Below, piece by piece: positions 17,545 through 27,100 of a stretch of 64,000 bases of DNA (position 1 is its first letter; every line of letters begins with the position of its first letter). The DNA is from a virus, in IMG/VR virus record IMGVR_UViG_3300035183_001487, positions 3,781 through 67,780 of that record, one strand, 5' to 3'. The notes under the pieces were generated by a model that made no database searches, had not been told where the DNA came from, and worked only from the letters and a program-made list of their open reading frames with translations. A program made the translations under genes and the position numbers.

Positions 17545-19427
17545 TGCAGAGCTTCGGATTCCATCCCGTGAACGGCGGCTCCCTGTTCGGGCACCTTGGG
17601 CAGGCTGCGCAAGTGGCCCACGACCCCCGGGCGCCTGAAGACGAGCGCAGCGACGCCGCCAAGGAGACCTTCCGGCAGTTCTACGATCCCGGCTCGGTGG
17701 CCGGCCCGGACCTGCGCCAGGTGATCTCGGAATGGGCCAAGCTCATGCAGGCCGAGAAGAACGCGCGGGCCCTGCAGAAGAGCTTGAAGGAGCGCCAGGC
17801 CAGCCCGGCGGACCCCAAGGCGCAGACCGAGAGCGGGCTGTGGAAGACGGCCGCTTCGGGGCTCTACCTGTCGAAGCCCGGGATCCCCTTCGTCACCCTC
17901 CGGCAGATGGGCCGGACGGTGGAGGTCGCGCAGGCGGCCCACCGGACCCGCATCCGGCAGGTCCTGGCCTTCAGCCAGCGGAGCCAGAAGGACGACATCG
18001 TGGGCTGGCGCCTGAAGGCCAAGGACCCGAACGCCACGCTCGGCGACGACCACACGGCCTTCCTGGCCTGGCTCTCCGACTGGGTGCAGAACGGCGGGGA
18101 CGAGGAATCGGCGCTCCGACGCCGGCGGCTGGGCCGCCAGGGCATCCGCACCTTCCTGTCCCTGCTCACCGACGATTCCCTGACCATGGACCACGCCGCC
18201 GTGGAGACGGTGCCCTACCGGGAGGGCCCCGGGCTCTCGGCCTTCTTCCTGCGGGACTCCGCGACGTTCTTCCTCTCGCGCACCTTCGGCGACGCCGACG
18301 CCGACGACATCTACGCCTACCAGGACCTGATCCGCAACGCCGGGAAGCAGCAGCCCTTCCGCTACGAGGAGCTGGCGATCTTCCAGCGGAACCTCTCGAG
18401 CGACGTGGACCGCGTCGGCTACGGCTACAGTGAGCTGGAGGCCTCGCTGGACACCCTCGGGAACTTCCTGCAGGCCATGGCCTACACCCGCGAGGGCCTG
18501 GACAACAACGCCATCCCCCGCGGCATCCTCGTGCTCTCGGGCTCCTACTCCCCGGAGCAGATGACGGCCTTCCAGGCGATGTGGCAGGCCAAGGTCCGGG
18601 GCGTCCAGAACGCCCACGGCCTGCCCGTCCTGCAGTCCCGGGGCCAGCAGGGGGATGTGAAGTACGTCCAGACGAGCGGCCAGATCTCGGAAATGGCCTT
18701 CGTGAAGTGGATCTCGCTGCAGGCCTCGATCTTCTGCTCGATCTACGGCATGGACCCCATGGAGCTGTCCATGGAGGCCTTCTCGGCGTCCAGCCGCGGC
18801 CCGCTGGCCGGCGACGACACCGCCGAGCGCCTGGCCGCGGCCCGGGACAAGGGCCTGGCCCCCTTCCTGGCCGACATCGAGTCCTTCGTCACCGACGAGC
18901 TGATCGCCCGCTGGGTCCCCTGGGCCCAGTTCCAGTTCTGCGGCGTGAACCCGGGCGACCTGAAGGCCAAGGCGGACCTGACGGCCCGCATGCAGACCAT
19001 CGATGAGGCCCGGGCCTCGCTCGGGTTGCCGAAGCACCCCATCGCCTGGCTCGGGGCCCTGCCCGCCGACGCCAGCCTCCAGAGCGCCGAGTTCCAGCGC
19101 GCCTCCGCGGTCTTCACGCTCAACGAGGGCCGCCGGGCCTGGGGCGGCCTGGACGAGTACCCCAACCCCATCATGGGCGCGACGCCGCTCAATCCCTCCC
19201 TGCAGGCCAGCTACAACCAGGCGATCCAGGGGCAGGGCGGGGGCGACGAGCAGGACGGGGAAGATCCCTTCGCCGGTGAAGGTGAAGACGCTGAGGCCGG
19301 GGCCTCGGACGGGCCGCCCGAAGACGAGGGCGGGGGGGGCCTTGGGGGGCCCCCTGAGTCCGCCGAGGCCCCGACGGCCGGTGCCGAAGTGGCCCGCCGC
19401 CTGGAGGCCCTGAAGGGCGGTGCGTGA
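17544..19427 (+). CDS. Portal protein
   Basis: GYGYSELE...NNAIPRGIL...F...W...EMAF..W....CSIYGMDP.E; follows TerL. Confidence 0.9.
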   Translation: MQSFGFHPVNGGSLFGHLGQAAQVAHDPRAPEDERSDAAKETFRQFYDPGSVAGPDLRQVISEWAKLMQAEKNARALQKSLKERQASPADPKAQTESGLWKTAASGLYLSKPGIPFVTLRQMGRTVEVAQAAHRTRIRQVLAFSQRSQKDDIVGWRLKAKDPNATLGDDHTAFLAWLSDWVQNGGDEESALRRRRLGRQGIRTFLSLLTDDSLTMDHAAVETVPYREGPGLSAFFLRDSATFFLSRTFGDADADDIYAYQDLIRNAGKQQPFRYEELAIFQRNLSSDVDRVGYGYSELEASLDTLGNFLQAMAYTREGLDNNAIPRGILVLSGSYSPEQMTAFQAMWQAKVRGVQNAHGLPVLQSRGQQGDVKYVQTSGQISEMAFVKWISLQASIFCSIYGMDPMELSMEAFSASSRGPLAGDDTAERLAAARDKGLAPFLADIESFVTDELIARWVPWAQFQFCGVNPGDLKAKADLTARMQTIDEARASLGLPKHPIAWLGALPADASLQSAEFQRASAVFTLNEGRRAWGGLDEYPNPIMGATPLNPSLQASYNQAIQGQGGGDEQDGEDPFAGEGEDAEAGASDGPPEDEGGGGLGGPPESAEAPTAGAEVARRLEALKGGA

Positions 19428-20500
19428 TGCCCGCCGTGCTCGACCAGCGCCTCGTGGCCCTGGGGGGCGACTACCGCCTGGGCTCGGTGGCCCCCAAGCC
19501 CCCCCGGCCGCTCCTGAAGGCCTTGGGGCGCCGGCGCGTGCCCTCCAGGCCGCCCTCTGCCGCCCAGGTGGAGGCCGAGCGCCCCTTCTGGGGCCCGCAC
19601 CCGGACCCGGCCATCGCCTACATCGAGGACGAGTTCTGGCGGCCCGGCTCCCGGTTCCTGACGGCCCTGCTGTCCCACGCCCTCGGGAAGCAGGTCCGCC
19701 CCCTCGCCAAGGCCTACGGCCTCCCCGCCGGGGCGATCCCCGGGTGGGGGGAGGTCGCAGACCTCTTCCGGAAGGACCTGGACCCCGAGCACCTGATGGC
19801 CGGCTGGGGCCGCGTGATCGACAAGCTGGTGACCGGGCTGTTCCCCGCCACCACGAAGGAGCACGTGGCCCGGGGCATGGCCCTGCGGGCCCACCTGCTG
19901 CACAAGGCGGGGGAGCGCGTGGCCGCCGGGGACCTGCCAGCCTGGACGACGGCGGTGCGGGGGATGTCCGCGGTGCAGCGCCAGGCCATGGCCTGGACCA
20001 AGGCTCGGGCGGTGCAGTACATGACCGCCCTGGACGCCAAGGCCCGGGACGCCCTGATGTCCACCCTGCTCGTCTCCCGGGAGGCCGGGGAAGGGGTGGG
20101 GCAGCTGCAGCGCCGCCTCTTCGACGGCTTCTCCACGCTGAACCGGGACTGGCGGCGCGTGGCCCTGACCGAGACCGCGGCCGCGGTGTCCAATGGCGCC
20201 CTGGCCTCGGTGAACCCCGCCGAGGGCTGGCTGGCGGAGTGGGTGGCTGGCCCCAAGGCCTGCCCCTTCTGTAAGGCCATGGGCGGGCGCCGCTTCACCG
20301 TGGTCAGCCCTGACGCCCCCAAGAAGGACGGCACCACGCAGGTCTGGGCCGGGAAGTCGAACCACGGGCGCTCCGCCCACAAGTACTCCGAGAAGCTGGG
20401 CCGCTTCCGCACGCCTGACGAGCTGTGGTGGCCCTGCCTGCCTGTCCACCCGAACTGCGCATGCACCTGGGTGCTGCGCCGCAAGCCCAAGAAGCCCTGA
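19424..20500 (+). CDS. MuF/SPP1 gp7-like head morphogenesis protein
   Basis: RDWRRVALTETAAA, ACPFC, PVHPNCAC. Confidence 0.85.
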   Translation: MMPAVLDQRLVALGGDYRLGSVAPKPPRPLLKALGRRRVPSRPPSAAQVEAERPFWGPHPDPAIAYIEDEFWRPGSRFLTALLSHALGKQVRPLAKAYGLPAGAIPGWGEVADLFRKDLDPEHLMAGWGRVIDKLVTGLFPATTKEHVARGMALRAHLLHKAGERVAAGDLPAWTTAVRGMSAVQRQAMAWTKARAVQYMTALDAKARDALMSTLLVSREAGEGVGQLQRRLFDGFSTLNRDWRRVALTETAAAVSNGALASVNPAEGWLAEWVAGPKACPFCKAMGGRRFTVVSPDAPKKDGTTQVWAGKSNHGRSAHKYSEKLGRFRTPDELWWPCLPVHPNCACTWVLRRKPKKP

Positions 20501-20513
20501 AAGGAGGGGACCC

Positions 20514-21158
20514 ATGGCCACCAAGAAGGACGCCTTCTTCGTCTCGAACTACACGACGGTCTTCAAGAATCCGGAGATCGTGGGCCGGCCCGCGGCCGAG
20601 ATCGTGGAGGCCTTCGACGCCTACCTGGACGCCCTCGTCGCCGCCGGGACCCTGGACCCGAGCGACCCCCAGAACCCGAGCGTCGGCTACCCCGTGCCCT
20701 ACGCCACGGCCCAGGCTGCGGCCGCGGCTGCAGCGGTGGAAATCTTCCCCGTCAGCCTGGACGCCGCCGTGATCCCCGCCTTCCAGAAACAGGTGGCCGC
20801 CATCGTGGACGCCATGAGCGACCTCGGCATGGTGGGCCCCCAGCTGCTTGCCGGGCATCTGGCCGCCATGGCCATCGACTCCGGCGACCCGCAGACCTCG
20901 GATCCTGGCGTCCTGGTCTTCGACCCGTGCGTCGTGGTGGTCACCGACGACAACAACGATCCCATCGAGGGCGTGGTGGTCCACTTCGCTGGCACCGGGC
21001 TCACGCCGGCCAACGCGACGGACACCACGGACGCGGCAGGCCTGGCCTCCTCGGGCGCCGTGACCGCGGCCGCCTCGGGCGTGAAGACCCTGCTCGCCAC
21101 CATCCCGAACACGGCGCTGTCCGCGACCTTCCATCTCACCGCTACCCCCGCCCCCTGA
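20514..21158 (+). CDS. Virion protein with C-terminal Ig-like domain
   Basis: VVVTDDNNDPIEGVVVHF...TTDAAGLA; paralog of next gene. Confidence 0.6.
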   Translation: MATKKDAFFVSNYTTVFKNPEIVGRPAAEIVEAFDAYLDALVAAGTLDPSDPQNPSVGYPVPYATAQAAAAAAAVEIFPVSLDAAVIPAFQKQVAAIVDAMSDLGMVGPQLLAGHLAAMAIDSGDPQTSDPGVLVFDPCVVVVTDDNNDPIEGVVVHFAGTGLTPANATDTTDAAGLASSGAVTAAASGVKTLLATIPNTALSATFHLTATPAP

Positions 21159-21194
21159 AGCCCTGGCTCCGCTCTGGAGCCGTAGGAGGACGCC

Positions 21195-21884
21195 ATGGCC
21201 ACCGCCTTCGATACCTTCCTGGAAACCGCAGCCCCGGCGCTCGCCGGGAACCCCGACGCCCACGGCACGAACCTCAGCCCCGGGGAGGTCGTGGAGCGCT
21301 TCGAGGAGTACCTGGACGCCCTTGTGGGCGCAGGCATCATCGACCCGAAGGACCCCGAGACCTTCAACCCGCTGGTCCGCGCCACCATCGAGCCCATCAT
21401 GGCCGCCGAGGCTGTGCGGGGCATGCCGCTCTGGGGCAGCACCAAGCCCGCGGACGCCGTGGCCCGTGCCATGGCCATCATGGAGGCCCTGGCCGACCGC
21501 GGGCTGGTCGAGAAGCGCATGCTGGCGGGGCACATCGCCTCCGTCGAGAAGACCCAGGGCGATGAGCAGATCTACTCGCCGGGTTCGGTCGCGGCCGTGG
21601 ACCTGATCGTCACGGTCCTGGACGACTTCGGGGATCCCGTGGAGGGCGTGCCCTTCGTCTTCCAGGCGGTCGAGAGCGTGGACGATGGGAACACCTACAA
21701 CAACGGGGACCCGCTCGAAGTGGCGACCGACGTCAATGGCGAGGCGAACGGGGGGCCGCCAGAGAACGGCGTAGGGACGTACCACATCACCGCCCGCTGC
21801 AACGGGCTTGCGGACCTGACCTTCACCGTCACGCGGTTGGCCGGCGGTGGCGGCGGGGGTGGCGGTGGCGGCGGGGGCGCCTGA
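21195..21884 (+). CDS. Virion protein with C-terminal Ig-like domain and poly-Gly tail
   Basis: VTVLDDFGDPVEGVPFVF...TDVNGEA; paralog of previous gene. Confidence 0.6.
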   Translation: MATAFDTFLETAAPALAGNPDAHGTNLSPGEVVERFEEYLDALVGAGIIDPKDPETFNPLVRATIEPIMAAEAVRGMPLWGSTKPADAVARAMAIMEALADRGLVEKRMLAGHIASVEKTQGDEQIYSPGSVAAVDLIVTVLDDFGDPVEGVPFVFQAVESVDDGNTYNNGDPLEVATDVNGEANGGPPENGVGTYHITARCNGLADLTFTVTRLAGGGGGGGGGGGGA

Positions 21885-21932
21885 TCGGTCCCCTTGACGG
21901 CGCCGCTGGGCGTTGTCCCATTTCCGATCCGC

Positions 21933-22007
21933 TGCGGGGTAGCTCAGTGGGAGAGCGACGGTTTCATACGCCGAAGGTCGCCGGTTCAAATCCGGCCCCC
22001 GCTACCA
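21933..22007 (+). tRNA. tRNA with CAT anticodon (Met, initiator-like acceptor stem)
   Basis: Cloverleaf: GCGGGG/CCCCGC acceptor, GCTC/GAGC D arm, anticodon CAT 21965-21967, GCCGG-TTCAAAT-CCGGC T arm, encoded CCA. Confidence 0.95.
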
Positions 22008-22075
22008 ACACCCCGGAACCAGGCCCTGCACCCTCCCCCCGCATGGCTCCTTGCTGGTTCCGGGGTGTTCCTTTT
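22007..22075 (+). terminator. Long stem-loop after tRNA, probable terminator or processing signal
   Basis: 16-bp inverted repeat AACACCCCGGAACCAG / CTGGTTCCGGGGTGTT followed by CCTTTT. Confidence 0.6.
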
Positions 22076-22086
22076 CTGGAGGGCCC

Positions 22087-22344
22087 ATGAGCCTGCGATT
22101 CGACCAGAAGGTGCACAACGACGGCCCCGAGTTCCTGTGCCTCGGGGACACGGCTATCCGGAAGTGCGAGGTCGCCCAGGTGGCCGTCATCGACGGCAAT
22201 CTGTCCGACAAGCGCGTGGACATCCGCTTCACCCTCACGGCGGGCGGCCACGTGCAGCACGGCTTCAAGAGCGCCGAGCAGGTGAACAAGATCCTGGCGG
22301 CCTGGGGCCTCTTCTACACGCCCAACGCCGACGACGAGGCCTGA
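22087..22344 (+). CDS. Hypothetical protein
   Basis: GGAGG RBS; GC3-rich. Confidence 0.65.
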   Translation: MSLRFDQKVHNDGPEFLCLGDTAIRKCEVAQVAVIDGNLSDKRVDIRFTLTAGGHVQHGFKSAEQVNKILAAWGLFYTPNADDEA

Positions 22345-22443
22345 CGTGGCGGCCATCCCCGCCGACAAGCGCATCCACGTCTACGCCGGGGTGATCGTGG
22401 GCCTGGTGGCCTTCCGCGGCGCCTACTGGGCCCTTGGCGACGT

Positions 22444-22863
22444 CTACCCGGCCTGGTGGTGGGCCCGGATCTCGGCGTTCGCGCCTCGGATGATGGCGAT
22501 CTTGGCCCGGCGTGTGGCCTTCCGCTGGGACCTGACGGCGCCCCTGTCCAGGTGCTGCAGCTCGGGGTTGTCGCGGATCCACTGGCGTACCCGCTCCCGG
22601 GAGACCCCGAAGGCCTCGCCGGCCTTCGCCAGCGACCCATCTGGCGCGGTGAGGATCCGCTCGAGGGTGGGCAGCATCTTGGCGATGCGGGCCTTCTTCT
22701 GGGCGATCTGGGCCTCGATGTGCGCCCTGGAGGGCCGCATGGCGTGGGGCTTGGGGAGCGTCCTGGGGTCATTGGCGGCGATGCGGTGCTCCTTCCTGCA
22801 GGCGGTGCAGACCGTCCGGCCCCCGTTGCAGCCCTGGCCGCAGAATTCGCAGGGGGTGCGCAT
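22444..22863 (-). CDS. Zinc-finger plus sigma-region-4-like HTH protein
   Basis: CEFCG...CTAC; SLAKAGEAFGVSRERVRQWI. Confidence 0.7.
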   Translation of the reverse strand: MRTPCEFCGQGCNGGRTVCTACRKEHRIAANDPRTLPKPHAMRPSRAHIEAQIAQKKARIAKMLPTLERILTAPDGSLAKAGEAFGVSRERVRQWIRDNPELQHLDRGAVRSQRKATRRAKIAIIRGANAEIRAHHQAG

Positions 22864-22865
22864 GG

Positions 22866-23147
22866 TCAGGCTCCGCCCTGGGCCAGCAGGTCCCGGAACT
22901 CGCGCTGCAGGCGCGGCAGGTCGCCGTGGGAGACGAACCCCAGGACGAGGCGCAGCCGCTCGCGGTCCAGGCCCAGGGATGCGACTGGCTCGTGCTGGGA
23001 GAGCAGGTGGGCGATGTTGCGGTGCATGGTGGCCAGCTCGAGGCGGGCCGCGGCGTTCTCGGATTCCGCGCGCCAGCGGCGGACATGCTCCTCTTCCATG
23101 AAGAGATGGGCGAGGTCGAAGGTTCCAGCCGGGAGGAGGTCCATCAC
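22866..23147 (-). CDS. Hypothetical protein
   Basis: Coupled minus-strand operon. Confidence 0.6.
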   Translation of the reverse strand: MMDLLPAGTFDLAHLFMEEEHVRRWRAESENAAARLELATMHRNIAHLLSQHEPVASLGLDRERLRLVLGFVSHGDLPRLQREFRDLLAQGGA

Positions 23148-23461
23148 GCCCCCCCTTCCGTTTCGGCGATGGCGGCCTCGGCGATCTTGATGCCCTTGTC
23201 CATCGTTTCCAGGTCGTCGGGGTCCGACTTGTAGAGCCCGCAGATCTGCTTCAGCGCTTCCAGCAGCTTGGGCGCGGCGGCAATGGTCCGGAGGTAGCGC
23301 AGCTCCGCGATTTCGTCGCGGTCGAGGGCCAGATGGAGGGCTTCGGCCCGGCGGAAGGCGCTGAGGCTCTCGGCCTCGTCCCGAACCTTGGTTTCCAGCT
23401 CGCTCAGGCGCTCGGACACGAGGGCGGGGGTGATGGGGGTTGAGGTGTGCTCGGCCATCAC
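23144..23461 (-). CDS. Hypothetical phage protein
   Basis: IAAAPKLLEAL...AEAAIA motif common in phage early proteins. Confidence 0.7.
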   Translation of the reverse strand: MMAEHTSTPITPALVSERLSELETKVRDEAESLSAFRRAEALHLALDRDEIAELRYLRTIAAAPKLLEALKQICGLYKSDPDDLETMDKGIKIAEAAIAETEGGA

Positions 23462-23832
23462 CGCACCTCTTCCGCGACGCCCGCGTAGGCGTGGAAGATC
23501 CGGACGGGGCGGTTCAGCCCCACTTCGGCCTCGCGGGCCGTGGTCACGCGGGCCATGGCCAGGGCGTCCCGCTTGCTCCAGAGGGCCGCGCCGGTCCAGA
23601 AGTCGCCACCGCGGATCAGCAGGCTGTACCGGCCCCCGCCGTTCTCGCGCTGCTCGTGGCAGAGGGTCAACCAGCCGCCCTCAACGGCATCATCCAGGCC
23701 GGATTCCTGCACCTGGACGGCCCATCCCTGGCCGATGAGCGCCGGGGCGTCCCCGGGGCGGTTCATGCCGCGCATCGGCGGCGGCGGGCAGGAGTGGAAT
23801 CCGGCGCGCTGGGCGTTGGTGAGGGTCGTCAT
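23458..23832 (-). CDS. Hypothetical protein, first gene of minus-strand early operon
   Basis: ACAGGAG RBS before ATG 23832. Confidence 0.65.
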   Translation of the reverse strand: MTTLTNAQRAGFHSCPPPPMRGMNRPGDAPALIGQGWAVQVQESGLDDAVEGGWLTLCHEQRENGGGRYSLLIRGGDFWTGAALWSKRDALAMARVTTAREAEVGLNRPVRIFHAYAGVAEEVR

Positions 23833-23838
23833 CGTGGG

Positions 23839-23897
23839 CTCCTGTGTCTGGTTTTCGGCCAGTGGCACTAGGTTCGCCCCCGCGCTTACGAAGTCAA
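23839..23897 (-). promoter_or_regulatory. Promoter plus antisense target site
   Basis: Minus strand TTGACT-16 nt-GAACCT; CTGG-CCGAAAA-CCAG hairpin then ACACAGGAG. Confidence 0.75.
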
Positions 23898-23922
23898 GCC
23901 CCAAAACACCCCAAATTGCCCC

Positions 23923-24126
23923 CTACCGCCCGTCCGGGTTCCCCTGGACCTGGGCCATGGCCCCCGCCTGCTCCGCCCAGCCGTCGAGGTTCGCCTCCGT
24001 AGGGGCCTCCAGGCGCCGGGCGAAGTGCTCCACGCCCTCGCCTTGGGCCCGGGCGATGCTGGCCTGGGTCCGCTGGATGTCGGCTTCGATGGCGGCCAGG
24101 AGGCGGCGGGCGGGGTCGTTTTCCAT
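23923..24126 (-). CDS. Hypothetical protein
   Basis: GAGG RBS; follows large helicase gene. Confidence 0.5.
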   Translation of the reverse strand: MENDPARRLLAAIEADIQRTQASIARAQGEGVEHFARRLEAPTEANLDGWAEQAGAMAQVQGNPDGR

Positions 24127-24133
24127 GGTGGCC

Positions 24134-27100
24134 TCACGCTGCATGGGCTTGGTTCTTCCGGGCCCGGATCTCGCGGAGGGTGCCGGCGAGCCCGGTATCG
24201 TCCAGGTACCCCTCGGTGCTCTCGAAGATCTCCCCGAGGGCGGCCTTCGTCTCGACGCGCTTCCGGTTGGTCCGCTCCCACGGGTGGTCGGCCATGAGGG
24301 TGTGGACCTCGACGTCCTGGTCCTGGCCCAGCCGGTGGATGCGGGCCGTGCGCTGCTGGTGGATCATCGCCGTCGTGGGGATGTCGTGGTGGATGAGCAC
24401 CTTCCCCCGCTGGAGGTTCAGGCCCGTCGCGCCGGCGTCGCTCAGGACGATGACGTCGGCCTCCCCGCGCTGGAACTTCCCGGCCTTGAGCCCCTTGTCC
24501 TTCGAGGAATCCTTGCCGGTGAGGCTCACCACGCCCAGGCCCGCGGCCTCGAGGTTCTTGTGGATGGCGGCCACGGCGTCCAGGTTGCGCGCGAAGATCA
24601 CGACGGGCTTCCCTTCGGCCTTGGCCTCCTTGGCGATGCGGACGTGCTCCGCCATCTTGCCGCCGGCGGGGTCCAGGTTGATGGCGCGGTTCAGGGCGGC
24701 CTCGCGGAAGGTGCCGACGCTGCGCGTGACCTCCTCGGCGATGGTGGCGTGCTCCTCCTCCGGCTTCCCGGCGAAGGCCTCCGGGGCCAGGACGTGGGCC
24801 CACGACACCCGCTCCTCCGCGCTCCCCGTCCGGAGCTTCCCGGCGGCCAGCTCGACATCGTCCACGGTCTGCCGCTGCGACGGCGACAGGGGCACCTGGT
24901 CGTGCATGTGGTGGGCGTCCACGCCGACTTCGACGCGGCCGTTGTACCAGTAGCGGGTCAGCTGCTGGGCCAGCGACCGGCGGGCCAGGGCGGCGTCCCC
25001 GCCGAAGCGCCGCATGAACTCGTCCCGGCTGTCCTCGGGGTAGCGGTGGGGGTCCAGCTTGTTCAGGTCGCTCCAGACCTCGGAGACGTCGTTCTTCAGG
25101 GGGTTGCCCGTGGCCATGACGACGTGGTCGGCGTTGTGGGAGTGGGCGTCGAGGATCCGGCTGAAGGTGGAATCCTCCTTGCCCAGCCGGTCCAGGCCCC
25201 CGTGGGCTTCGTCCACCATCAGGGCGTTGAAGTCCACGCCGGCCTTCGTGAAGGCGGCCTTGACGGCGGCGGCCAGGTCCTTGGTGTGGGCGCTGGACAC
25301 CCATTCCCGCAGCTCCTGCCCCTGCTTGCCCACGTGGTCGCCCAGGATCTTCAGCGTGTCGTCCCGCAGGGTCTGGTGGGTGACGACGACGGCGTGCCGC
25401 TCCGGGTCCCGGTAGGCGGCCATGCGCTCCTCGAACGACTCCCCGGGCTTGGCGTGGACGCGGATGCCGGTCTTGGGGTCCAGGAACCGGATGGCCTCCG
25501 CGCCGAACTGGGCCTGGACCACGGACGGCACCGCCAGGATGGCCTTCTTCAGGTTCCCATCGGCGTGCATCTCGGAGAGCGCGCCCAGCATGATCCCGGT
25601 CTTGCCGCTCCCGGGGCCGAGGAAGAGGCCCACCCGCTTGAGCTTCGTGATCGCCTTGACCGCCCGCTGCTGGTTGACGTACTTGCCGTCCATGCGCAGG
25701 CCGTCGGCCACCTTCGTGCCGCGCTTCATGCCCGCGAAGGCCTGGGAGGCCCCGGGCATGGCCTGGCGGATCTGGGCCTCCAGGGTCGCGCCGAGGGTCA
25801 GGCGCTCCCCGGCGCCCGGGGTGGGGATGGACGCCGCCTTGGGCCCCTCCGGCGCGCCCTCCTGGGGCTCCGCCGCGGGCTCCTCGAAGTCCTCCATGCC
25901 GAACAGCCCGGCCTGGGCCTGGGCCTGGGCCAGCTTGGCCTCCCGCGCCTTGGCGGCGCGCTCGAGCAGGCCCCCCTCCTCCGCCTGGTACTTCCCGGTG
26001 GCGGTGCGGGTGCGCACGGACGCCAGCTCCTTGGCCCGCTGGGCCCGGAGGGCCTCCTGCTCCTCGGGCGTGCCGGTGGCCTTGGTGAAGGCCTCGCCGT
26101 GCTGCATGCCGACCTTGCCGACGCGGAAGGCCTGCCCCGCGGCCCGGCCGTGGTGCTGGCTGAAGGCCACGGCGAAGCGCCCCCGCATGACCTCCTGGAC
26201 GGCCTCCTGGGCCTGGACCAGCCCGCCCATGCTCTGGACGTAGTCCGCCCAGGGGGTGGAGGCCTGAGCCGCCAGCTGCTCCTCCGCCGCGGCCTTCCGG
26301 GCCGCCCAGGCCTGCCAGATGGGGCTCTCGACGGGCTCCTCATCCCCGAACAGCCCGCCGCCCTCCTCGAACTTGGGCGGCTCGGGGCCGACGGCCTTCA
26401 TGGCCTCCGCGTGGGCCTCCGCGGCCGCCTTGGCGCCCCCGGGCTCCTTCTTGGCGATCTCCCGGTAGAAGAAGTCCCGCAGGCCCGCCTGGTGCTCGTG
26501 GCCCAGCTCGGCGGGCGGGATGAAGGCGGCGGCGAGGCGGGGATCCTCCGCCAGGGTGCGGTGCAGGGCCTCGTGGAAGCCCGGGGCGTCGGTGTCCGCC
26601 ATCTGGGCGTGCAGGGCGGCCTCCGGCCCCAGGCCCAGGGCCTTCAGGTGGTCCTCCGCCATCGCCTGGAACTGGGGGAGGAGGCTGTCGGCCGGGCGCA
26701 TCCGCGTCTTCGGGACGAGGTTGCCCTTCGTGTCCTTCAGCAGCTCCCCGTGCTGGTCCCGCTCCCAGACCGGCTCGCCCTTGTCATCCCTGACGACCTC
26801 CTGCAGGGGGAAGGTGTCCTGGACGGCCTGCAGAAAGGCCGGCTGGTGCTCCGGGGGGACCCGGTCCAGGGCCGTGGCGCTGAAGAGGTCCGACAGGATG
26901 TCCGTGGGCCGCTCGCCGTCGGCCACGCGCAGGGCGACGTGCTCCCGGACGCTGCCCAGGATGTCGGTGTCCGGCATGCCCGGCGTGATGGCCAGCTTCC
27001 GGCGCAGCTCCATGGGCTGCGAAATCTCGCTGTCCTGGCGCAGGACCATCCGGTTGGCGAAGCCGCGGGGGAGCCAGGCTTCCTGGTCCAGCTGGCCGCC

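Noticed and set aside
19424-20500. MuF-fused polymorphic toxin
   Set aside because: Protein ends right after HPNCAC with no toxin extension
21843-21878. GGC/GGT repeat as a DNA-level element
   Set aside because: Simply encodes a poly-Gly tail with varied third positions
21933-22007. tRNA as prophage attachment site
   Set aside because: Phage genes on both sides, no integrase, and no duplicated tRNA 3' end seen in the window
23148-23170. Additional antisense target GCCGAAACGG on the minus strand
   Set aside because: Only a 2-bp stem and no ACAGG element
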